IMG/VR virus record: IMGVR_UViG_3300046526_000553
Span: 1 to 64,000 of that record
DNA length: 64,000 bases
Source: a virus
Lineage: Duplodnaviria; Caudoviricetes
Strand: one strand, 5' to 3'
The stretch's first letter is position 1. Each line of letters starts with the position of its first letter. The translations under genes and the position numbers were made by a program. This document shows positions 18,352 through 28,450 of this stretch, piece after piece. The notes beneath the pieces are model-generated. The model did no database searches and was not told the origin of the DNA. It saw only the letters and a program-made list of their open reading frames with translations.

Positions 18352-19854
18352 ATGGGCAAAGCACTAGACTTAACTGGCATGCAGGTTGGTAGGCTTACTG
18401 TAATCGAGAAGTCACAACTTAAGATTTGGCCAGGAGGCGCGCGGGTTTGGTACTGGAAGTGTAGATGCAGTTGTGGCAATTATGTTGAAGTTTCTAGGTC
18501 AAACCTACGTAATAAGAGAACACAGTCATGCGGTTGTATTACGCGCGAGAGGATGCATGAACAGGGTCAAAGCTTAGCTAAGTCCAGAAGCCCTGAGCGC
18601 GATATTTTTAGTCACATGCGAAGTTCAGCCAAGAAGAGAGGATTGGCTTTTGAGTTGAGTTTTGAGCAAGTGGCAGCTCTTATTATGATGCCCTGTAAAT
18701 ATTGTGATCGCATAGGTGTCAGAACGTATTTATACAAGGGAAGGTTACAGGAACAGGCTGTGCGATACAATGGCATTGACCGTCGTGATAATTCACTTGG
18801 GTATACAGAAATAAACAGTGTTCCATGCTGCTGGGATTGTAATAGGTCAAAAGGTGCCCTCGATGAAGCAGCATTCCTGGAACATTGCCAGCGAATGGCT
18901 GTAAACGCCAAGGTGCTCGTGCTTGGTGGTTCGGGATATTTGGGCGGTGTATTAACGACATACTTAGGTTCCCGTCAAGTTAGAGTATATGACTCACTTC
19001 TATATGAAGACGAATACCTCAAACCTGTTCCGTTTGTATATGGTGATGTTAGAGATTATGAGAAGCTGAAACAACAGCTTGATTGGGCTGATGCTGTGAT
19101 AATATTATCGGCTATCGTGGGAGATGGAGCCTGCGCATTAAACCCGCTGACTACTGTTGAAGTTAATTATGACTCGGTAAAGTTTATAACAGATAATTTT
19201 GATGGTCGGATTATCTTTTGCTCGACGGCCAGTGTCTACGGTGCTCAGGACGGATTGCTTACTGAGGACTCACCGACTAACCCGTTGTCGTTATATGCTA
19301 GTACAAAGTTAAAGGCGGAGATACTCTTAAATAATAAGAACGCTATAATATTCCGCCTTGGTACTCTATTCGGACTGGGCGACCGCTACTCTCGTATGCG
19401 TTTAGACCTAGTAGTTAATACACTGACTGCTAGGGCGGCTTCTGGGCAACCGCTTAAGATATTTGGCGGGGAACAATATCGTCCATTACTACATGTTAAA
19501 GATGCTGCCTTTGCTATTATTAAGGCCCTAAGTGTAAACTCTAGCACTGGCGTGTTTGATACGGGTATATTTAATCTTTGTCAAACAAACATGAAGATTA
19601 TAGATTTAGCCTATGAGGTTCAGCATCTTGTCCAAGACACTGAGTTGGAGATTATAAACACAAAATTTGAAGACGCCCGCAATTACAAGATGAGTACCAA
19701 AAAAGCTGTTGATACTTTTGGATTTGCCCCAGAGGTTACCGTTAGACAAGCCATTTATGATATACGGGATATTGTTGAGGCCGGTCGTATCAAGAATATT
19801 GATAATCCTCGCTATACTAATCAGGGATTTCTCACAAATCTGGGTAATTATTGA
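18352..19854 (+). CDS. HNH-type endonuclease domain fused to NAD-dependent NDP-sugar epimerase/dehydratase
   Basis: N-terminal GRLTV..WKCRCSCG..SCGC and CKYC..NGIDRRDN..CC..CN..KG; C-terminal GGSGYLG, YASTK. Confidence 0.85.
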   Translation: MGKALDLTGMQVGRLTVIEKSQLKIWPGGARVWYWKCRCSCGNYVEVSRSNLRNKRTQSCGCITRERMHEQGQSLAKSRSPERDIFSHMRSSAKKRGLAFELSFEQVAALIMMPCKYCDRIGVRTYLYKGRLQEQAVRYNGIDRRDNSLGYTEINSVPCCWDCNRSKGALDEAAFLEHCQRMAVNAKVLVLGGSGYLGGVLTTYLGSRQVRVYDSLLYEDEYLKPVPFVYGDVRDYEKLKQQLDWADAVIILSAIVGDGACALNPLTTVEVNYDSVKFITDNFDGRIIFCSTASVYGAQDGLLTEDSPTNPLSLYASTKLKAEILLNNKNAIIFRLGTLFGLGDRYSRMRLDLVVNTLTARAASGQPLKIFGGEQYRPLLHVKDAAFAIIKALSVNSSTGVFDTGIFNLCQTNMKIIDLAYEVQHLVQDTELEIINTKFEDARNYKMSTKKAVDTFGFAPEVTVRQAIYDIRDIVEAGRIKNIDNPRYTNQGFLTNLGNY

Positions 19855-20291
19855 TGGAACCAGAACTAATCATTGGTGATATTGCGGTTGATGATAGAGG
19901 TCAAATCAGTTTCGTTAATGATTTTAAGTTCAAAGATATCAAACGGTTTTATATCGTATCGAATCATAAAGCAGGCTTCATTAGAGCTTGGCACTCGCAT
20001 TTGCATGAACCAAAATATGTCATGGCTATAAATGGAACTGCTTTAGTAGGGGCTGTCAGAATCGATGACTTTGATAACCCAGACCCTCATGCGTATGTTA
20101 ATCAGTATATTTTATCAGATAAGAAGCCAACCATTTTGTATATACCAACTGGGTTTGCAAACGGCTCAATGTCTTTAACGGACAACATGCAACTCATGTA
20201 TTTTGCCACCACAACTTTAGGAGAGACTACTAAAGATGACCAACGTTATCCCTATGATTATTGGGATATCTGGAAAGATAATCCACGGTGA
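19851..20291 (+). CDS. RmlC-like cupin (NDP-4-keto-6-deoxyhexose epimerase/isomerase)
   Basis: DDRG, IRAWH.H..E, LYIP.GFANG. Confidence 0.85.
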   Translation: MMEPELIIGDIAVDDRGQISFVNDFKFKDIKRFYIVSNHKAGFIRAWHSHLHEPKYVMAINGTALVGAVRIDDFDNPDPHAYVNQYILSDKKPTILYIPTGFANGSMSLTDNMQLMYFATTTLGETTKDDQRYPYDYWDIWKDNPR

Positions 20292-21139
20292 GTAAAACAA
20301 ATGTAGTTTGCTTCGGACGTAACGGAATGCTCGCAAGCATGATTATAAAAGTATTATCTGAAGACCCTGCTTTGAACGTAACAATTATAGATAGAAATTT
20401 TATTAATGCACGCACGGCTGATATACCAGAAATTGGTCAGGCTTTGAGTAAAGTTCAGCCAAAATGGATTATTAATTCAATAGGAATAATCAAGCCAAAA
20501 ATTAAATTTACCGAAGAGGCGATTCAGGTTAATTCGTTGTTCCCGTATAGGCTAAATGAAATTGCAAAAGTCACTAATGCCAAAGTTATCCAGATAGCCA
20601 CTGATTGTGTATATTCCGGCAGAAACGGCAACTATGTCGAATCCGACTCTCATGATGCATTGGATGTTTATGGCAAAACCAAGAGTCTGGGCGAAGTTGA
20701 AGCTAATAACTTCTATAACTTACGCTGTTCAATCATCGGTCCTGAACAAAAATCTCACCTTTCATTAATGGATTGGCTGCTCGGTCAACCGAATAGTGCA
20801 GAAGTGGATGGGTATATTAATCATTATTGGAATGGCATAACTAATTATCAATTCGCTAAAATATGTCAGGGCATTATTAAACATAATATTGAACTACCGA
20901 ATGTGCAACATATCGTTCCTGCTAATTCAATAACAAAAGCTGAGTTATTAAAAATCATATCGCATCTGTTTGACCGGAAAGATATAACTATCAACGATAT
21001 AGAATCTCCAACCAATGTATATCGAACTTTGTCCACCGACGATTGGTCAATGAATGAAAAGCTATGGGATAATGCAGGATATATCAACATCCCCACAGTG
21101 GGGGAGATGGTAAAGGAACTGGCGGAGTATACAAAATGA
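20288..21139 (+). CDS. rfbD: dTDP-4-dehydrorhamnose reductase-like
   Basis: G.NGML, IATDCVYSG, YGKTK..GE, LR.SIIG. Confidence 0.85.
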   Translation: MSKTNVVCFGRNGMLASMIIKVLSEDPALNVTIIDRNFINARTADIPEIGQALSKVQPKWIINSIGIIKPKIKFTEEAIQVNSLFPYRLNEIAKVTNAKVIQIATDCVYSGRNGNYVESDSHDALDVYGKTKSLGEVEANNFYNLRCSIIGPEQKSHLSLMDWLLGQPNSAEVDGYINHYWNGITNYQFAKICQGIIKHNIELPNVQHIVPANSITKAELLKIISHLFDRKDITINDIESPTNVYRTLSTDDWSMNEKLWDNAGYINIPTVGEMVKELAEYTK

Positions 21140-21894
21140 AAATTCAAATGGTTATTCCCTATCTAAATTTCCAATGGTGTCTGGAAGATATGTTGGAATC
21201 GTTCGGGCAGAGTGATATCCCAATATTGATTGTGGATAATTCACCGAATCATGATTTATCTCAACCCAAATTTACCATACCCCCAAATGTTACTATTCAG
21301 CCCACAAGACATAACATCGGCGTGGCTGCATCATGGAATTTAGGTCTTCGGTTAGAGGCTGACCAAACAGTTATCTGTTCACAATGGGTTCGGTTCGCAC
21401 CTTCAGAAATAGAACAACGCCCCGCAAACTGGGGGTTAAATCATGTTGCCAGAATTATGAATGAAAACCCCAATGAATGGGGATATAATTTCGGTGACCA
21501 GGGCTTTCATTTAATCTCGATAGGTAGAAAAACAGTAGAAACCATTGGTTATTTTGACGAGAACTTTAACCCGTGCTTTGGGGAAGATGATGATTTCATG
21601 TTCAGGATGCAACTTGCAGACCCCCCTATTATGATGGGAGGCTTTCCTAATTGGTCGGCCTTAGGCATTCATTCCATTGCTTTCAGTGTTCATAAACGTG
21701 ATGGCACTGTTAATATTGATACACGAGCATTAGATTATTATTCCCACAAATGGTGTAGTGTGTTTAAAGATTATCCTGGCAATTTTACACGACCGTTTAA
21801 TAATCCAAGCAATCCTCTCGCATACTGGCCTGAAGTCAGGGGTGGTTCAGGTAAAAATTGGAACGATGTTCCGACATACGAAGGAGGCATATAA
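21136..21894 (+). CDS. Glycosyltransferase GT2-like (paralog 1)
   Basis: LIVDNS, N.GVAASWN.G, IGYFDENF...EDDD. Confidence 0.85.
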   Translation: MKIQMVIPYLNFQWCLEDMLESFGQSDIPILIVDNSPNHDLSQPKFTIPPNVTIQPTRHNIGVAASWNLGLRLEADQTVICSQWVRFAPSEIEQRPANWGLNHVARIMNENPNEWGYNFGDQGFHLISIGRKTVETIGYFDENFNPCFGEDDDFMFRMQLADPPIMMGGFPNWSALGIHSIAFSVHKRDGTVNIDTRALDYYSHKWCSVFKDYPGNFTRPFNNPSNPLAYWPEVRGGSGKNWNDVPTYEGGI

Positions 21895-22659
21895 ATGGCT
21901 ATAAAATGGCAAGCCGTATTACCCTTCGTACATCGCCCATATATGGAAGCATGTGTTGCCACTATGTCAGAGGAATTCATAAAGCATACCTTAATTGTGG
22001 ATAATTCTGATTTGAATAATAATATTGGCTGCATGGCAGCTCATAATCTTGGTATTGAAGAAATGAGAAATAATGATGCAGAATGGTTGATAATATTGTC
22101 ACCAGTGATTAGATTCGGCAAACCTGGTGGGATGGATTTTGTGCAAGTATTGGCAGAACATATGAACCATTATATTATTCATGCTGCTAGTTATGAGGTT
22201 ACCGGTGGTCTTCAGCACAAACCTGAAGTACCAAACGAAGTTAACAAAATCAAAGGGTGGCATGCCACAGCTTTTCGTAATTCCCTGTTTGATAACATAG
22301 GTACTTTCGACAATAATTTCGCCCCATATAGTTTGGATGATATCGATTTAAGCTTAAGGGTTCAGAAATTTTATAAAGGAATGTTTGGTTGGAATACTTA
22401 TCCTTGTGATATTGATGATATTGGCCCTATGGGACACAGCATAAATCTAGCCGGTGTAAAAGCAACCTATGCTCCTAGAGAAAGTTACTTTAAGCGTAAA
22501 TGGGGGCGTGGAGGCGCTGACCCAACCATGGGTTATGAACATCCATTTAATGACCCGTCAAAACCTTTAAGCTATTGGCCTGAATCAGACGATGAATTAT
22601 CCATATGGCAGAATGAATACAAATCAGGTATGATTGGATATACCTATACAGGAGAATAA
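21895..22659 (+). CDS. Glycosyltransferase GT2-like (paralog 2)
   Basis: LIVDNS, NIG...HN.G, IGTFD.NF...DD.D. Confidence 0.85.
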   Translation: MAIKWQAVLPFVHRPYMEACVATMSEEFIKHTLIVDNSDLNNNIGCMAAHNLGIEEMRNNDAEWLIILSPVIRFGKPGGMDFVQVLAEHMNHYIIHAASYEVTGGLQHKPEVPNEVNKIKGWHATAFRNSLFDNIGTFDNNFAPYSLDDIDLSLRVQKFYKGMFGWNTYPCDIDDIGPMGHSINLAGVKATYAPRESYFKRKWGRGGADPTMGYEHPFNDPSKPLSYWPESDDELSIWQNEYKSGMIGYTYTGE

Positions 22660-23439
22660 ATGATGGCTTACGGCGATACGCATGATGTGCAATGGAAAAA
22701 TGCAAAAATACTTAAGACCGATGACTTACCCCATCCTGAAGGGACTTGGAGGTATGAAGTAATCCTGCCTGATTTTCTGGCTGATTGGGATGTCCTCGCT
22801 TCTTGGGAGGCTGAGCGTACTGTTAGCATGGAAAAGAATCTCAAAAAGGGAGATATACTCTACGATGTGGGAACCGAAAAAGCTTGGCAGAGTGCAGTCT
22901 ACGCACAATTCGTAGGTGGGGCACAGAATATGGTTCTGATTGAACCGAGCAAAGTATATTGGCCGAATATAAAACAAATATTCGAAAACAATAAACTTGG
23001 TATGCCGAGGGCATGTTGGGTTGGACTGGTTGGAAATGAAATTGAAGGCAATATAAAAGGTTTAACTATTAATGAATGGCCTGATATATCAAACGGCGAA
23101 CTATATGATGGATTAACTTATGAATATATCCATGAACATAGTAAGCATACTAGCCAACTGACCATTGATGAACTCGTTCTTCTGACCGGAGCCATTCCTG
23201 ATGCTATAACTTGTGATATTGAAGGGGCTGAAATTGTTATGGTTAAGGGAGCTGAACAAACATTGAAAAAATATCATCCTAAAGTATGGCTAAGTCTTCA
23301 CGATGAAATCGCAATACGTGATGGCTATGGAGATGTTCAAAACGTCCATGATTTCATGAAAGAAATGGGCTATCCTCAAGGTTTACATTTAGCAACGGAC
23401 CACGAGTCTCACTGGTATTGGCATTATGGATTGGGATAA
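22660..23439 (+). CDS. FkbM-family methyltransferase
   Basis: LYDVG, IEP, CDIEGAE..V.GA..TL...P. Confidence 0.9.
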   Translation: MMAYGDTHDVQWKNAKILKTDDLPHPEGTWRYEVILPDFLADWDVLASWEAERTVSMEKNLKKGDILYDVGTEKAWQSAVYAQFVGGAQNMVLIEPSKVYWPNIKQIFENNKLGMPRACWVGLVGNEIEGNIKGLTINEWPDISNGELYDGLTYEYIHEHSKHTSQLTIDELVLLTGAIPDAITCDIEGAEIVMVKGAEQTLKKYHPKVWLSLHDEIAIRDGYGDVQNVHDFMKEMGYPQGLHLATDHESHWYWHYGLG

Positions 23440-23956
23440 GATAGGTATCAAATATGGCTGCGATAAAGCCAGTAGCCACCATGGTTATCTAGATGTCTAT
23501 CAAGATATATTGAAAGACCATAAAGTAGATAAACTATTAGAACTCGGTGTAGCTCATGGCAAATCTTTATTTATGTGGAGCGAAATATTCCCCGAAGCAT
23601 TAATAGTCGGAGTAGATAACGAGCCTGAATGCCGCATGCATCAACGCCGTAATATTGATGTTGTTATCGCTGATAGTACCGACCCTTCAAAAATGGCAGC
23701 CGTGTCACAATTATACGGTCCATTCGATATCATCATAGATGATTGTATACATGAAATGCAGCCAGTGAATATGGCATTCGGTGAATTATGGTGGCGACTT
23801 GAGCCGGGAGGTATATATATCATTGAAGATTTGGATGGAGCTGACGAAGAAGTACAGAAATTCTTAGAGTTATGGGATGCCAAATTCCTTGCATGTGAGG
23901 ATAGGGTCGGATATACCAAAAAACCGGGACTTATCGTGGTAGAGAAACTGAAATGA
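23426..23956 (+). CDS. Class I SAM-dependent (sugar O-)methyltransferase
   Basis: YG.DK...[29 protein letters not shown]. Confidence 0.9.
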   Translation: MDWDKIGIKYGCDKASSHHGYLDVYQDILKDHKVDKLLELGVAHGKSLFMWSEIFPEALIVGVDNEPECRMHQRRNIDVVIADSTDPSKMAAVSQLYGPFDIIIDDCIHEMQPVNMAFGELWWRLEPGGIYIIEDLDGADEEVQKFLELWDAKFLACEDRVGYTKKPGLIVVEKLK

Positions 23957-24678
23957 AATATGTGATGTGCCTGCCATATATCTATAAACCTTACGCTGAT
24001 GCATGTATCAATTCGATGGATGCTGAACTCAGAAACAATCTACTGGCTATAGACAACACCATAGACAATAAAGGAGTGGCAAAATCCTGGAATCTTGGCA
24101 TAGATAAGGTGAGGGAAGAGAATGCTGACTGGTTAATAGTTATAAGCGCGGCCATGCGATTTGGTAATTCGGGTGGTAAAGATATGATTATATGGTTAAA
24201 TTATCGTCCAGCCGCACAGGTAATACATTTTGCGGAGAAACAAACATCTGAACAACGGTACGTTCGTGGAATGAGCCCAGATGGTATCCATGGAATAAGC
24301 CCAGGTTATCAGGATGGTATGTTTGGGTGGCATTGTACTGCTCTAAGAAGGGATGTAATTGATATGGTTGGCTACTTTGACCCCAATACATTTGAAGATT
24401 TGGATTATGACCTTAGAATCAATAAAGCTTTTCCTGCTATTTTTTGGGTAATACTGCCCATAATTGCACATAGCGAAAGCCTGAATCATGGTATAAGATT
24501 AGGGAATGCCAAAATGCCTTCTGCCAATTCTCAGGTTACTTATTTTATCGATAAATGGGGTGCTGGTGGTAGCGATTGGTCGAACGGCTGGCAAAATCTT
24601 ACCTTCGACCATCCATTTAATAACCCTGAAAATAGCTTAACACACATACTTAGTGATAAAGAGCATGGAAATGATTAA
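23953..24678 (+). CDS. Glycosyltransferase GT2-like (paralog 3)
   Basis: IDNT, N.GVA.SWN.G, VGYFD...ED.D. Confidence 0.85.
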   Translation: MKYVMCLPYIYKPYADACINSMDAELRNNLLAIDNTIDNKGVAKSWNLGIDKVREENADWLIVISAAMRFGNSGGKDMIIWLNYRPAAQVIHFAEKQTSEQRYVRGMSPDGIHGISPGYQDGMFGWHCTALRRDVIDMVGYFDPNTFEDLDYDLRINKAFPAIFWVILPIIAHSESLNHGIRLGNAKMPSANSQVTYFIDKWGAGGSDWSNGWQNLTFDHPFNNPENSLTHILSDKEHGND

Positions 24679-26395
24679 GATTCCAGTTATACATTTAAGC
24701 TATGATAATAAGATACCATCTGGTCTCAACCGTGATTATTGGGACGGAGGTATGGTACGTGATTTGCTCGAAAACAAATGGTGGGATACAGGTTATGAGT
24801 TTGTTCACTCCGAAAGAGTTGATGGGGATGAAGTATTAATAATACCTGCAGATATCGATGGTGCTATTATTGTTCTCCCTGCTCGCAACCAAACAGAATA
24901 CATAGATAGGCTCAATGAAGATATTGCACAGCTTAAATGGGTAATATTGATGGTTATGGGAGATGAAGAGAATAGTTTTCCGGTAGAGCAAATTAGACAC
25001 AATAATATAAAAATCTGGGTGATGTCCCCTCGTCCCGGTCGCCATGAAAAATACGATAAACTTGGTACCGGATACCCGCATCATATGCATAAATATATAC
25101 CTAAGCGAGCACCCGATAAACCACTTGACTTTTTCTTTGCCGGGCAAATCACACATCCCAGACGTGAACTGTGCAGACAAGCATTAGAATTTATATTAAA
25201 ACATGTTGTAGCCAATGAGCTTAAAGGCGAAGCTTATTATTCTGAGGGATTCACCCAAGGCTTAACTCATAGTGAATATTTTTCTAAAATGCTATCAGCT
25301 AAGAGCGGGGTTGCCCCAAGCGGTCCTCAGACCCCTGACAGTTTTAGAATTTTTGAATTATTAGAAGCAGGTTGCGTACCGGTAGCCGATACATTCACTG
25401 ATAAAGATGATTTCCAAGACGATTACTGGGCATTTTTCTTCGATGAGTTTCCGCCATTCCTTATTTTAAGAGACTACGATAGCCTATTACATTGGTTTAC
25501 GTATGCTAAGGATAATTATCCAGCTTTGAATAATAAAGTGTTTGCTTGGTGGCAAGGGAAAAAAAGAAAAGCTGCCCTAAAAATTAGAGACCAGATTCAT
25601 GAGTTAAGTGGTATCGCTCCAGAAGTCACGGTGGATAATCAAATCACTGTATTAATACCGACAAGTTACGCACAGCTGCATCCATCGACTGGAGATATTG
25701 AAATAACCATAGATACTGTTAGGGGGCATTTGCCAGATAGCCCAATTTTTATCATGATAGATAGCCTACGTCCTGAATTGGAATCAAAGAAAGAAGTTTA
25801 TGAAGAATATCAGCGTCAACTCATTTGGTTATGCACCCATAAATATCATAATGTGTTACCCATCCGTTATGAGGAATTCAGCCATCAATCAGGTATGACG
25901 AAAAAAACATTACCTATGGTTGAGACACCATATATATTGTATGTTGAACATGATACTCCTTTGACCCCTGACCGACCGATTGAATGGGATAAACTGATAG
26001 CAACTATCAGTGAAGGCGATGCTAACGTTATCCGACTAAATCATGAAGCCCTCATTTTGCCAGACCATGAACATCTTATGATAGGTGAGCCAGAGTTGGT
26101 GGGTTCATTAAAGGCTCGGATGCGTAAAACATTCCAATGGAGTGGTAGACCGCATCTTGCATCGACCGCTTTCTACAGAGACATGTTAGATAGATATTTT
26201 TCTGAACACCCACAGTCATTTATTGAAGATAGGGTGTATGGCTTCCTAAATCAAGCCTATGAGACGGAAGGGACGATGGGATGGAATTTATGGCGTGTGT
26301 TCGTATATACACCTGAAGGTGAAAGTATCTTAAGGTCGTATCATCTAGATTCAAGACAGGGAGAAAATAAATTTGATGAAATTCAAAAATTTTAG
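24671..26395 (+). CDS. Bifunctional glycosyltransferase: exostosin/GT47-like plus GT-A domain
   Basis: N-terminal FFFAGQ...APSG...SFRIFE.LEAGC.PV; C-terminal ITVLIPT...TPYILYVEHD...HLD.R. Confidence 0.75.
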   Translation: MIKIPVIHLSYDNKIPSGLNRDYWDGGMVRDLLENKWWDTGYEFVHSERVDGDEVLIIPADIDGAIIVLPARNQTEYIDRLNEDIAQLKWVILMVMGDEENSFPVEQIRHNNIKIWVMSPRPGRHEKYDKLGTGYPHHMHKYIPKRAPDKPLDFFFAGQITHPRRELCRQALEFILKHVVANELKGEAYYSEGFTQGLTHSEYFSKMLSAKSGVAPSGPQTPDSFRIFELLEAGCVPVADTFTDKDDFQDDYWAFFFDEFPPFLILRDYDSLLHWFTYAKDNYPALNNKVFAWWQGKKRKAALKIRDQIHELSGIAPEVTVDNQITVLIPTSYAQLHPSTGDIEITIDTVRGHLPDSPIFIMIDSLRPELESKKEVYEEYQRQLIWLCTHKYHNVLPIRYEEFSHQSGMTKKTLPMVETPYILYVEHDTPLTPDRPIEWDKLIATISEGDANVIRLNHEALILPDHEHLMIGEPELVGSLKARMRKTFQWSGRPHLASTAFYRDMLDRYFSEHPQSFIEDRVYGFLNQAYETEGTMGWNLWRVFVYTPEGESILRSYHLDSRQGENKFDEIQKF

Positions 26396-26401
26396 GATAC
26401 T

Positions 26402-27502
26402 ATGAAAGTCGCACAAATTGTTTGCTCAACTAAAACCGGTCTAGGTATCCAGGGTAAGTCATTTTATGATAACTTTCACCCTGATTCTGTAATGGTTGTG
26501 GATATTGGTGAGCTCAATGGTTATGAACAACACCCTGAATGGTATCCTGATGGTTATTTTGTTAAAGGATTGCAGCTTGACGATGAAATTCGTCACTTTA
26601 TCGATGGGCAAAAAATGGATATAATCTTTGTAACCGAAAGTGCCTATTCTTTTTATGTCTACGACTATGCTCGTTATAGGAATGTACGTGTGATTAATCA
26701 ACAAAATTACGAATTTAACGATTATATTGCTAATCCTCAGATGACTCCACGTCCCGACGCTTTTATCTCTCCATCAATGTGGCATTATGATGATGTACAA
26801 AACTATTGCGATAGATATAATATCCCTCACACCTATCTTCATTGTCCTGTAGATAGAAAACAATTTCCATTTCGGGAAATAAGACAAGCTAAGACATTTA
26901 TCCATAGTGGTGGTCGGAGCGCTATACATGATAGAGCTGGTACATACGGCGTTATAGATGCTTCACGTTATGTTAAGTCTAATGTTAAAATAATTGTTCA
27001 TTTTCAAGGCAATCAAGGTCTAGCGCATCAGTTAACCTCAACAACTAATGACTACGTTGAGTATGCCAAAAAGTATGGTGATATGAATAAATTAGAATTT
27101 GTCATGAAAGATTTTGAGAATCAAGCCGATATATATCAGTTGGGAGATGTTTATATTATGCCTCGTCGTTATGGTGGCAACAACTTACCTATGGGTGAAG
27201 CGTTATCCTCCGGTCTACCTGTGATTATGACGAATATCAGTCCTAATCGAGATTTTCTACCCAGCTATTGGTTAATTCCTGCAAAGAAGATAGACACCTT
27301 CACACCTCGAACGACTATTGATATTTACGAAGCAGACGTAAAAGAACTCGCCAAAAAGATAGACGAATTTGCCACCGTAGATTCTGCAGATATGCTACGA
27401 GAGAATAAAAAAGCTGACTTTCTTGCTGAAAGTATTTCTTGGACATCTTTATTGCCACGATATCGTTCATTCTTTGAAGGTGTTATTAATCATAAAGCTT
27501 GA
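26402..27502 (+). CDS. Glycosyltransferase GT4-like
   Basis: DVYIMP...G..LP..EALSSGLPVI.T. Confidence 0.9.
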   Translation: MKVAQIVCSTKTGLGIQGKSFYDNFHPDSVMVVDIGELNGYEQHPEWYPDGYFVKGLQLDDEIRHFIDGQKMDIIFVTESAYSFYVYDYARYRNVRVINQQNYEFNDYIANPQMTPRPDAFISPSMWHYDDVQNYCDRYNIPHTYLHCPVDRKQFPFREIRQAKTFIHSGGRSAIHDRAGTYGVIDASRYVKSNVKIIVHFQGNQGLAHQLTSTTNDYVEYAKKYGDMNKLEFVMKDFENQADIYQLGDVYIMPRRYGGNNLPMGEALSSGLPVIMTNISPNRDFLPSYWLIPAKKIDTFTPRTTIDIYEADVKELAKKIDEFATVDSADMLRENKKADFLAESISWTSLLPRYRSFFEGVINHKA

Positions 27503-27575
27503 TTCTATTTTAATTGTAACCTATATTTTTTTGATAACATAGGTGATTTTTGTCACTAGCAATGTGACTTGTTGC

Positions 27576-28112
27576 TTATTTGCCAGTAGCTTCTTTGATA
27601 AGTAGTTGTCGGGCTTCGGCAAATGTCATTCTAACAATCGGGAAGGCTAAATCCCTACCTTTTTTCATAAAATGAGTTGCCCTCTGACCTTGTTGCTTTG
27701 TCCCGATTATGAAATATCCACCTCTGTTAGATGAACCCCAACCAGGATTAATTTTTGTAGCCATAACTTGTTTAGCTATTGGTCTGATATATGTTGAGGC
27801 ACCTGATTGATTCGGATTGCCACTTGACTTTTCTCCGTGCAAGCCAGTTCCTTCTTCGACAGCCCATGCATACGATAATTTCGGGTCAACAAAAACAACC
27901 GCTGTATTTTTTTTAATGACATATCGTATAGATTGTCGTAACTTGCCTGTCCTAACCGGAACCTGACTCATCACAAGACCCTGTGTCTGTATAGCAGCCT
28001 TTTCAAGCGTCTTCTGGATTATAACATCATATCTAGCAGGGGCTACACCAAAATGCTCTGCAATGTCCAGTAAATTGGGCATATCTATATATAAAGGCAT
28101 AGCAACAGGCAT
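27576..28112 (-). CDS. HK97 gp10-like tail completion/neck protein
   Basis: PVRTGKLRQSI, YA..VE.GT, G..A.HFM. Confidence 0.9.
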   Translation of the reverse strand: MPVAMPLYIDMPNLLDIAEHFGVAPARYDVIIQKTLEKAAIQTQGLVMSQVPVRTGKLRQSIRYVIKKNTAVVFVDPKLSYAWAVEEGTGLHGEKSSGNPNQSGASTYIRPIAKQVMATKINPGWGSSNRGGYFIIGTKQQGQRATHFMKKGRDLAFPIVRMTFAEARQLLIKEATGK

Positions 28113-28114
28113 GA

Positions 28115-28447
28115 TTAGGTAACAGGTGCTTTCTTCATTTCTTCCGTCAGCAGAAATGTTACATGTGGTACATTAAAACCATAATTTCTATTCAGGCTTC
28201 CTGTCACCTGATAACTCTGACCATCTTGGTCAACAACTTTATCCCCTATCTGCATATCAGTGGGATATTGTGTAATACAGAAATAGGATGAATCGAATAC
28301 CATACCTGTTTTGGCTGCAAACTCGGCAGTTATGGGCTGAATTAGACAGGGATAATCAGTCAGATTTGTAGTATACTCATTCCTAATACCTGCTGTCGTC
28401 TGTAGGCGGGAAGTTGTAATGGTGTGCTGTAATACATCGGGTGGCAT
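28115..28447 (-). CDS. Head closure/stopper protein
   Basis: 110 aa, D.QIGD.V....Y.V; position between adaptor and gp10-like gene. Confidence 0.75.
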   Translation of the reverse strand: MPPDVLQHTITTSRLQTTAGIRNEYTTNLTDYPCLIQPITAEFAAKTGMVFDSSYFCITQYPTDMQIGDKVVDQDGQSYQVTGSLNRNYGFNVPHVTFLLTEEMKKAPVT

Positions 28448-28450
28448 TGC

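Noticed and set aside
18352-18900. Intein in the epimerase
   Set aside because: The nuclease is N-terminal with no extein before it and no C1 or HN-C/S/T splice motifs.
27510-27570. Additional N18 promoter at GTGACA ~27556
   Set aside because: No -10 at 18 bp; the short hairpins here fit a terminator region between convergent genes.
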